From Patescibacteria group bacterium (GTDB lineage: Bacteria > Patescibacteriota > JACMRA01): DNA of 58,147 nt. Where the stretch lies: the NCBI GenBank assembly GCA_038751365.1, contig JBCDGH010000002.1:1-58147 (forward strand), written 5' to 3'. The position numbers were made by a program, and so were the translations under genes. Of this stretch, positions 35,523-42,872 are shown piece by piece. The notes beneath the pieces are model-generated. The model did no database searches. It was given only the letters and a program-made list of their open reading frames with translations, and was not told the origin of the DNA. The stretch's first letter is position 1, and each line of letters starts with the position of its first letter.

Positions 35523-35924
35523 TTGACATATAGCTTAAATTCATTAAGAATTCTTATCGTAGTGCTTCAGAAAGGATGGCGTCTCGTTAAGGACAAAGAG
35601 ATCAAGAAAGCTTACTCAACTAGACTTAGAGCAAGAACTGATTTCACAAACTTGTATCTATCTAAGACATTAAAGCCCAATTTTCAACTTCTTGTAGTAG
35701 TTTCCAAAAAAATTTATAAAAAAGCTAACAAGCGAAATCGGATTAAAAGAAAGATAGAGAGTGTTTTCGAGAAGCTAAAATTTGAAGGTCGACTCCCAGC
35801 AGGTATCGCTTGTATCGTGCAAGTAAGAGACAAACAAATACTTCTCCAATCTCCAATCCAAATAAATAAGTCTATTATGCCAAGCATATCTAAGCTATAC
35901 AATAAAGCACAAAGTAAAAAATAA
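35523..35924 (+). CDS. rnpA: ribonuclease P protein component
   Basis: It starts 1 nt after the rpmH stop, the classical rpmH-rnpA pair, and carries the RNR motif KANKRNRIKRKIE. The track start is TTG at 35523, but GTG at 35562 (VLQKGWRLVKDKEIKK) is more plausible. Confidence 0.8.
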   Translation: MTYSLNSLRILIVVLQKGWRLVKDKEIKKAYSTRLRARTDFTNLYLSKTLKPNFQLLVVVSKKIYKKANKRNRIKRKIESVFEKLKFEGRLPAGIACIVQVRDKQILLQSPIQINKSIMPSISKLYNKAQSKK

Positions 35925-35933
35925 TTTAAAACT

Positions 35934-36008
35934 GCCGAAGTAGCTCAATGGTAGAGCAGTGGCCTGAAGAGCCTCGTGTCGTCAGTTCGATTCTGACCTT
36001 CGGCACCA
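35934..36008 (+). tRNA. tRNA-Phe (GAA), CCA encoded
   Basis: GCCGAAG-TA-GCTC-AATGGTA-GAGC-A-GTGGC-CTGAAGA-GCCTC-GTGTC-GTCAG-TTCGATT-CTGAC-CTTCGGC-ACCA. All stems pair except U28/U42. Confidence 0.9.
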
Positions 36009-36192
36009 CCACAAAGATAAAAACAAATTATAATTCAAAACAGGTCTATATTTCAAAGTAAATTTGATCACATTTTAAGTTTAATTCGAAATGAAGACCT
36101 TTGAAAACTGCTACTTCTAGTTTTAGAAAAAGTTTATTCTTCTCAAAGGATACTTTCTATATTTTTACATTATTAACTTATTTCGCTATATT

Positions 36193-38217
36193 ATGACGAA
36201 AAAATACAAGAGTGGTGACTCTAACCAAACACTAAATTCTTCTAAGAGTGACGAAAACCGTTCGCACAATAGACATAGACCATCTGGCAGGAACTCTAGA
36301 TCACAAAATTATCGACCTAGCAATAAGCCTAAATTACCAAAAACTAGTGCAATGGCTAGTGACAAACCTCATTACATCACTAGAAAACAAAATACCGAGA
36401 ATGATAGCGGTATAATCATGAAATCAAGCAGACCACCCAAACCAGATATTAATTCCTTAAAAAAAGGTAATTTAGGACACTCTGGAATCAATCCATTATT
36501 TAACTCAGGACCTCTACTCAAAACAAACGCCCTTGATAGCTACTCTGGAAAAGATATAGTTCGAATAATTCCACTTGGAGGTGTCAGCGAGGTAGGGATG
36601 AATATGACTGCACTAGAATCAGGTGAAGATATAGTGATCATTGACTCAGGAATGGGTTTTGGTGGTGGAGAAAAATTCCCTGGCATTGACTTTATAGTGC
36701 CTGATACATCTTATATAGAGCAAAATCGACATAAAATTAGGGGTATAATCTATACTCACGGGCACTTAGATCATATTGGAGGAGCTCCCTATATTTTACC
36801 TAAACTTGGCAACATTCCTATCTTTGGTATGCCGCTTACTTTAGCACTACTAAAAAATAGGCTTCAAGACTTTGAATTACAAGATAAGGTTATAGCTAAA
36901 GTATTAGACTTGGATAAAAATCTTCGTCTCGGTGTATTTAATTTTCGGTTTTTCAGACTGAACCACTCAATACCTGATGTAATCGGTCTTGATATTGATA
37001 CACCAATGGGTAAGATCGCCTACTGTACAGACTGGAAATTTGATAGCACTCCAATGGATGGTCATTTAAGTGACTATGGTAAACTTTCTAGGATGGGTGA
37101 TGAAGGAGTAAGATTGCTTCTCACTGACTCATTAGGAATTCTTAGACCTGGCTATCAAATATCTGAACGTGATATAGGTCGCTCAGTAATGAAGATTTTT
37201 GGAGAATGTGAAGGTAGAATCATATTCACTACTTTTGCATCAAGCATAGTTAGAGCTCAGCACGTCATTAATGCTTGTATAAAACATAATCGTAAGCTTG
37301 CTCTAGCCGGCAGATCAATGATTGCCAATTTCACTGCCTGTATCAAATTAGGATACTTAAGCGTCCCTAAAGATCTCATAGTAGACATTAAAGAAACTTC
37401 CAAACTACAAGATAATCAGGTTACAGTACTAGCAACGGGGTCTCAGGGTGAAGACATGGCATCAGTCAGCCGTATGGCTAGAGATGAGCACCCAATGATC
37501 AAGCTACAAGGAGGTGATGCGATTATTTTTTCAAGCAGTCCTATACCTGGTAACGAAGACGCTATACAGGACCTAATCTCCAAACTTTCTAGAAAAGGAG
37601 TCTCTGTCTTTAGAAATAAAGAGTTTGATCTTCATGTATCAGGACACGCCTGCCAAGAAGATCTTAAGCTACTATTCGCTTTGACTAGACCAGATTATCT
37701 GCAACCTATTCACGGAGACCATTACATGCTACGTAGAGTTGGTGAGCTGGGAGCAACACTAGGAATTCCTTTTGATCACAACTTAATAGGAGAAAATGGA
37801 AGAATTACTGAACTAAGACCTGATAAAGTTGTTCTTACTGAAGAAGTAATTACAGATAGTTACCTATTAGTTGATGGTACAAGTGTTGGTGCGGTATCTG
37901 AAGTAGTTCTTGAAGAACGTAGACAAATGTCTAAACAAGGTAGTATTATCTTAGTAGTTTTGCTTAATAAACAAAAGAAAATGGTAGCTGGACCAGAAAT
38001 AATTAGCAGAGGTTTTGTTTACGTCAAAAACAGTGGACAACTTTACGACGAAATAAAAGAAGCGGTGAAACATAAATTCCACAGCCTAGATCTTGACCCT
38101 CATTCCCCTACTTATTTCTCTGATCTAAGAAATAAACTAAAACGCTTAGTCAGCGAACATGTTTTTGCTAAAACTGAAAAAGATCCAATGATTATTCCAG
38201 TCGTAGTACAGGTGTAA
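36193..38217 (+). CDS. rnj: ribonuclease J (metallo-beta-lactamase/beta-CASP) with basic N-terminal extension
   Basis: IPLGGVSEVGMN, YTHGHLDHIGG, beta-CASP motifs (TDS, GHA..ED, HGD), and a C-terminal domain. The first ~110 aa are a Lys/Arg/Ser/Asn-rich disordered extension. Confidence 0.9.
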   Translation: MTKKYKSGDSNQTLNSSKSDENRSHNRHRPSGRNSRSQNYRPSNKPKLPKTSAMASDKPHYITRKQNTENDSGIIMKSSRPPKPDINSLKKGNLGHSGINPLFNSGPLLKTNALDSYSGKDIVRIIPLGGVSEVGMNMTALESGEDIVIIDSGMGFGGGEKFPGIDFIVPDTSYIEQNRHKIRGIIYTHGHLDHIGGAPYILPKLGNIPIFGMPLTLALLKNRLQDFELQDKVIAKVLDLDKNLRLGVFNFRFFRLNHSIPDVIGLDIDTPMGKIAYCTDWKFDSTPMDGHLSDYGKLSRMGDEGVRLLLTDSLGILRPGYQISERDIGRSVMKIFGECEGRIIFTTFASSIVRAQHVINACIKHNRKLALAGRSMIANFTACIKLGYLSVPKDLIVDIKETSKLQDNQVTVLATGSQGEDMASVSRMARDEHPMIKLQGGDAIIFSSSPIPGNEDAIQDLISKLSRKGVSVFRNKEFDLHVSGHACQEDLKLLFALTRPDYLQPIHGDHYMLRRVGELGATLGIPFDHNLIGENGRITELRPDKVVLTEEVITDSYLLVDGTSVGAVSEVVLEERRQMSKQGSIILVVLLNKQKKMVAGPEIISRGFVYVKNSGQLYDEIKEAVKHKFHSLDLDPHSPTYFSDLRNKLKRLVSEHVFAKTEKDPMIIPVVVQV

Positions 38218-38294
38218 GTATTTACTAAGTTGTTTTTCTGTGTTTTAGTTCAGTAGCCTGAATAGTTTTCTATTTTATATAGGAGAGAAGATAC

Positions 38295-38783
38295 GTGACT
38301 CACCAAATTAAAGACGTTACTAGAAGATCACTTTACATCATCCGCTGGAACAAACCCAGCGTAATAATAAAAGAAGAGATTAATGTTCGTTCTGAAGAAG
38401 AATTTAGTTGGAACCAGACCAACTTTATTCCATCTCAGATTTACGGCTCAGCTAGGGATTATAAGATCCCGATAATTCTGCAGGCAAACTGGTTCGGTAA
38501 AGAATTTCTTGCTGATAAGGTGAAAATTCTTTCTAAGTCAAAAATAGAAACTGAGATCAATCCGAATAAGTCCAGTCTCGGAAGCAAGATCAATAAGATT
38601 AGACATATGGAAATGCTAATTCTAGCTCCACCAGGGTCTAGGTCTTTATTTTGGATATACAAGTATCCGAGCTGCCGGAGATCAGCGTTCTGTTTAAGTT
38701 TAGGTCTACCAACTAAAAAGGGGATGAAAAATGATATTATCTCAACAGAATTAACCTTAACTATCTGCAATACAATCAGATAG
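38295..38783 (+). CDS. hypothetical protein, 162 aa (GTG start)
   Basis: An AGGAG RBS at 38281-38285 sits 9 nt before the GTG at 38295, and the ORF ends 8 nt before a hairpin with a T6 run. The C-terminal half has odd composition, and an antisense ORF (38459..38866) is also open, so the coding status is uncertain. Confidence 0.35.
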   Translation: MTHQIKDVTRRSLYIIRWNKPSVIIKEEINVRSEEEFSWNQTNFIPSQIYGSARDYKIPIILQANWFGKEFLADKVKILSKSKIETEINPNKSSLGSKINKIRHMEMLILAPPGSRSLFWIYKYPSCRRSAFCLSLGLPTKKGMKNDIISTELTLTICNTIR

Positions 38784-38790
38784 AAAGCTA

Positions 38791-38822
38791 GCCAACCTGA
38801 AGAAAAGTAAGGTTGGTTTTTT
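38791..38822 (+). terminator. hairpin plus T6 between convergent genes
   Basis: gccaacc (38791-38797) pairs with ggttggt (38811-38817) around a 13-nt loop, followed by a T run to 38822. Confidence 0.45.
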
Positions 38823-38855
38823 AGGTTTAAATTCGTCAGTAACTTACCACTCTTT

Positions 38856-40298
38856 TCATCCTTCAATCACCTCATCCCTCAGAATTAAAATCAGACTTTG
38901 ATCAATTTTCGCCATCTCCAGCACTTCCTTGGTAAAACCAGACTTGGAGATTAAGACAAAATATTCAGATCTGTTTACACCTCCCCACTTCACTTCCATA
39001 GACTTTTTCTGCAAATCTTTAAGTACTCTCAAATCTACTTTTTGATTATTCCACTTAGTTTCTACAAACATGATAGAATTTGTAACTTCATCAATTCCAA
39101 CCAGGTCAATCTCAGTATCTTTATTCCACCATCTACCAAGTTTGTTAAAAATGGGTAGTTTTTTAGTTTTTGAGTTTTGACTCTGTAAAATAAAATTGGC
39201 ACTTTCTTCTTCATATTTTTGAGCTACTAGACTTTTAATCAACTGATTTCTACTTTCAAAAAGTTTCTCATAATCACCTCTTTCAATTGCTGATAAATTT
39301 GGGAAAACAAAATTAAAATAAAACCTTAAAAACGGATCTTTGATTCTATAGCTAGATTTTTTAGTGTTCTCGGGATTTTTTTCAGTAACTGGTACTTGCC
39401 TCTCAATCATCCGTAATTTTAAAAGATTTTCTAAATAAAAACTGAGATTTGTAACTGCTATATTAGTTGCTGTAGCAATTTCACTAGATTTAGTTTTGTT
39501 CATTCCAATGGCTTTGAGAATGGTTAAATAAGTTTGTGGTTTATCAAATTCTTCAGATAAAATAAGCTCTGGCTCTACATTCAAAAAAGTTCCACTATTC
39601 AAAATTTTCTTCTCCAAGTTCACTCTCAAACTTAAGTTTAAATCAAACTCTTTAAGATAAGCAGGCACACCACCAGCGATAGCATAAAATTCAAATAATC
39701 TTTCAAAATCTGCTTCTTTTTGATTATTAAACTCCAGCAAGAATTCTTCACTTTCTTTAAATCCAAATTGTTTAAGTGAAATACTAGCTGTTCTTCTACC
39801 ATAAAGTGGGGCAGAATAAGCCAGAACATGCTTATACATCATACTTAAACTAGATCCAAGCAAAATCAAAAATATATTTTTATGTCTCAAGACTTCGTCC
39901 CAACCGTATTGAAAAAGTGAAGAAATCCCGGGTTCAATACTAGCCAGAAATGGAAACTCATCAAACACCAAAACTGTAGGCTTGCTTGATTTTAATTCAT
40001 TTAATTTGTCTCCAAGGTAATCAAAAAACTCCCTCCAATTTATAAATTTACTTCTATCCAAATATTTATCTCCAAAAAACTCAGCAAACTGTTCGGTTGC
40101 CATAGACAAATTTTCTCTAGCTGAAACCTTAGAAGCTAAAAAATACACTCCTTCTTTTTTTTCCAAAAACTTTTTTACCAGTTCAGTCTTTCCAATTCTT
40201 CTTTGTCCATATAAAACCAAAAATTGAGATTCTTTTTCTGATTTTTTGTACAAGTCATGTAAAGTTTTTAACTCTTTGATTCGATTTATAAATTTCAT
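38856..40298 (-). CDS. Orc/Cdc6-like AAA+ ATPase of the archaeal-ATPase (PF01637-like) family with DUF234-like C-terminal domain
   Basis: FINRIKELKTLHD...LVLYGQRRIGKTELV (Walker A), VLVFDEF (Walker B), a wHTH-like middle region, and a C-terminal GRWWNK..EIDLVG...ETKW motif. This last motif is typical of the nuclease-fold DUF234 tail. Confidence 0.75.
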   Translation of the reverse strand: MKFINRIKELKTLHDLYKKSEKESQFLVLYGQRRIGKTELVKKFLEKKEGVYFLASKVSARENLSMATEQFAEFFGDKYLDRSKFINWREFFDYLGDKLNELKSSKPTVLVFDEFPFLASIEPGISSLFQYGWDEVLRHKNIFLILLGSSLSMMYKHVLAYSAPLYGRRTASISLKQFGFKESEEFLLEFNNQKEADFERLFEFYAIAGGVPAYLKEFDLNLSLRVNLEKKILNSGTFLNVEPELILSEEFDKPQTYLTILKAIGMNKTKSSEIATATNIAVTNLSFYLENLLKLRMIERQVPVTEKNPENTKKSSYRIKDPFLRFYFNFVFPNLSAIERGDYEKLFESRNQLIKSLVAQKYEEESANFILQSQNSKTKKLPIFNKLGRWWNKDTEIDLVGIDEVTNSIMFVETKWNNQKVDLRVLKDLQKKSMEVKWGGVNRSEYFVLISKSGFTKEVLEMAKIDQSLILILRDEVIEG

Positions 40299-40480
40299 AG
40301 ATTTTTAACCTAAAATTACTATAGATATAAATATTATAGGTTATACTATAATAATACAAGCATTTAAAATAAAAGTCAAGAAATTTTGAAGAGATTCGGT
40401 TATATCGGGCATATTATTGAATCATATGAGCTAGCACAATTTATTTAGGTCTTTAGATAATCTGCACTATGTTAAATTTT

Positions 40481-40509
40481 TTGACATCTGAGCTGAAATA
40501 TTGTATAAT
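40481..40509 (+). promoter_or_regulatory. perfect consensus sigma70 promoter (TTGACA-17-TATAAT)
   Basis: TTGACA at 40481-40486, a 17-nt spacer, and TATAAT at 40504-40509. It overlaps the TTG start used by the ORF track (40501). Confidence 0.55.
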
Positions 40510-41535
40510 ATTGCTGTGATAAATAAGAGATATAGTAGATTCAATCTACGAAAAATATGGCGTTTAAGGTACAGAGCTTACGCTATAATCATCATTTTAA
40601 TATTGGGGCCAATACTTTTTGCTGATAATTCAAATATCAACCCTAATATTGATTTTTCACCTGATAGATTTGAGGTTGTAGAAGCGGGTCTGATAGTCTC
40701 AAAACTAGAAAGAAAATACCCCGAACCTATCAACTTTGACCAAGAGATCGAAACCGATACTCAGGTCGCCCAAGTTGTTATTAAAGATGGCAAAACCATA
40801 TATCTTAACAAAACTGGTCAGGTTATCACAGACTTACTGAAAAACGCAGGCTTTGACAGCGGTTATATATCTGATCAGCCATTCATTGATTTAAACCTAC
40901 CTTTACCTGTAGAGCAAACAGTTGAAAGTGTGGAAGTAAGTCCACAGACACCTGAAGAATCAGTACAGCTTGATCTACCTCAACCACTTTCGGACATTAT
41001 ACCTAAGCCAGCAAATCCGCAATTTAGAAATTTTTTGAGATACCCCAAATACAACATAAATGTACCAGTTATTTATTCTAGTTTCGAAGATCTGTTTGAA
41101 AATAATCCTGATGGTACAATTAACTTTTCTCGTCCAAGAGATAATGACCCTATTGGCAGTCCGATTCAAGTCAAGCTAAGAGATGGTATTGTGCATATGG
41201 CATTTACACCTCAACCTGGTGAACTTGGCAACTCATATATTGTCGGTCATAGTAGTAATTATAGCTCTGTTAGAAGTAATTACAATACTGTATTTAAACC
41301 CATAGAGAGTCGAAGTAAGCCTGGAGAAGAGTTTATAATTTATGACAGGTTTGGCAGAGAATTAAAGTTTAGAGTATTTGAAGCTATCAAAATAGCCGCT
41401 GAAGATGGAGCCCAAGCTTACAAAAACTACCCAGATAAACGGGTAGTAACTCTGCAAACATCAGTTCTCACTTTAACTCGAAATGGCTACCAAGCAACTC
41501 ATCGCTGGCTAACCCGAGGCGAACTTGTCACCTAA
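40501..41535 (+). CDS. sortase-fold protein lacking the catalytic cysteine (TLxTC is TLQTS)
   Basis: N-terminal TM anchor. PGELGNSYIVGHSS carries the catalytic-His motif. EEFIIYDRFGRELKFRVFE matches the core beta strands. VVTLQTSVLT sits where sortases have TLxTC, with Ser321 encoded by tca at 41461-41463. HRWLTRGEL carries the conserved Arg. The whole protein contains no Cys. The true start is probably the GTG at 40516. Confidence 0.7.
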   Translation: MYNIAVINKRYSRFNLRKIWRLRYRAYAIIIILILGPILFADNSNINPNIDFSPDRFEVVEAGLIVSKLERKYPEPINFDQEIETDTQVAQVVIKDGKTIYLNKTGQVITDLLKNAGFDSGYISDQPFIDLNLPLPVEQTVESVEVSPQTPEESVQLDLPQPLSDIIPKPANPQFRNFLRYPKYNINVPVIYSSFEDLFENNPDGTINFSRPRDNDPIGSPIQVKLRDGIVHMAFTPQPGELGNSYIVGHSSNYSSVRSNYNTVFKPIESRSKPGEEFIIYDRFGRELKFRVFEAIKIAAEDGAQAYKNYPDKRVVTLQTSVLTLTRNGYQATHRWLTRGELVT

Positions 41536-42049
41536 ATTTACAATTTTTGGTTACTACAATTTTGACAAAGTAGATATATTTTTCAAAGGAATAATAGTGT
41601 CTCTAGATATATTCCGTATAGGAAAATTTGCTATAGTAGGTTTATTCGTAACTGGTGTAGACTTTGTCTCTTTTTGGTTACTTCTAAACTTGTTTGAAAA
41701 GTTTAAGATCAAAACTATACTAAAATTACGGAATACAACTATAGCTAACATTATTGGTTTCGCAATCGCAAATTCAGTCAGCTTTATTTTAAATACTTTT
41801 TTTACATTCTCTGACTCAACCACAAACAAAGGATGGATTCCTTATTTATTAGTAAGTCTTTTTTCTTTATCTGTTTCTACAGTTTTGGTGCAAATTCTGA
41901 CTTCAGACAACTTATACAAAATGATAAATGATAAAATCTTTAGGGATCTCTTAGCAAAAAAACACTACGCTTTGGTAGTGAAACTTTTTACAGTGATGAT
42001 TACTATGGTAACCAACTATTTTGGGTATCAGCTTTTTGTGTACTCTTAA
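41525..42049 (+). CDS. GtrA-family membrane protein (putative polyprenol-P-sugar flippase)
   Basis: About 150 aa with four TM helices and an N-terminal FRIGKFAIVGLFVTGVDFVSFWLL pattern typical of GtrA-like proteins. The track start is TTG at 41525, and a GTG at 41597 is plausible. Confidence 0.7.
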   Translation: MSPKFTIFGYYNFDKVDIFFKGIIVSLDIFRIGKFAIVGLFVTGVDFVSFWLLLNLFEKFKIKTILKLRNTTIANIIGFAIANSVSFILNTFFTFSDSTTNKGWIPYLLVSLFSLSVSTVLVQILTSDNLYKMINDKIFRDLLAKKHYALVVKLFTVMITMVTNYFGYQLFVYS

Positions 42050-42210
42050 TTCGAGTTTAAGATTTTAGAGATTTTTGCTTGCAATTCTTGTTTATCTATA
42101 GCTGATAGCTCTGGAGATAGGTTATATACTAGCTCAAATTCTCTAATCATCATTAATAGATTAGTCATTGCTAACTTCTTGGGGTCTTTATTTTTTTGGG
42201 AATTAGTCAT
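42046..42210 (-). CDS. possible small helical protein, 54 aa (below the ORF-track cutoff)
   Basis: My own translation from the ATG at 42208-42210 gives MTNSQKNKDPKKLAMTNLLMMIREFELVYNLSPELSAIDKQELQAKISKILNSN, ending in a stop. It fills an otherwise empty 330-bp gap. No clear RBS. Confidence 0.25.
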   Translation of the reverse strand: MTNSQKNKDPKKLAMTNLLMMIREFELVYNLSPELSAIDKQELQAKISKILNSN

Positions 42211-42380
42211 AATGTTCTAGCTTAAATTATCTGGTTTTTTGATCTTTGTTCGCATATAACCTAACATAAATGTCGACTTATGTCAAATATTTATTTTCGA
42301 CATAATCAGATTATCTAGGCAGTAGGTACGACTTTACCATTGTTGCAAACTGATGTATACTTAAATACAAGCAATATATT

Positions 42381-42755
42381 ATGACCGATAATAACCTAAA
42401 TCGAAGTATAGAAAAAGTATTAGCTGTTGTTGGGCTGATTTCTATTATCATAATAAGCTTGTACTTGATATTTAGACTTGTGGGCATCATCTATAATATA
42501 CCAGGATATAGTTTTGACCCATTTAACTTCACAGCTCTAGTAGTTCTTATAAAGCTGATTAGTGACCTTCATAAAAAACAAAAATTAACTTTAGATATCC
42601 AGTCTCATCTACTGAATACAATGATAAATAATTCGCAAGCACCAGCTAATCCACCTAGTAAAAGCAAAAAGTCTTCGTCATTAAGATATTCTAAGGACTC
42701 CAAACAAATAACTGTGTATAAGCCAAAAAGGGGTAGACCAAAGAAGCATAAATAG
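42381..42755 (+). CDS. small two-TM membrane protein with C-terminal AT-hook-like basic tail
   Basis: Two hydrophobic helices, then a Ser/Lys-rich tail ending KPKRGRPKKHK (RGRP core). Confidence 0.5.
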   Translation: MTDNNLNRSIEKVLAVVGLISIIIISLYLIFRLVGIIYNIPGYSFDPFNFTALVVLIKLISDLHKKQKLTLDIQSHLLNTMINNSQAPANPPSKSKKSSSLRYSKDSKQITVYKPKRGRPKKHK

Positions 42756-42872
42756 TGAGATTGAGGTTTAGTCTAATGGCTTTGACTATAAAAAAAGTCT
42801 AAGTTATAATTACGTTGTGATTCCAATTCACAAGCAGTTTAGCAGCTAGAGACAAAAACAAAAATTACAAAC

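Noticed and set aside
14503-38217. tRNA-flanked genomic island or integrated element next to tRNA(CAU) or tRNA-Phe.
   Set aside because: No integrase, transposase, phage gene or direct repeat of the tRNA 3' end was seen. The genes adjacent to both tRNAs are core functions (fusA, rnpA, rnj).
38459-38866. 135-aa minus-strand ORF with four hydrophobic segments, overlapping the stop of the ATPase gene by 11 nt (a possible membrane effector).
   Set aside because: It is antisense to an ORF that has an AGGAG RBS, and it contains the GC-rich hairpin plus T6 terminator (38791-38822) within its own N-terminal coding region. I kept it only as an alternative hypothesis in a finding, not as a feature.
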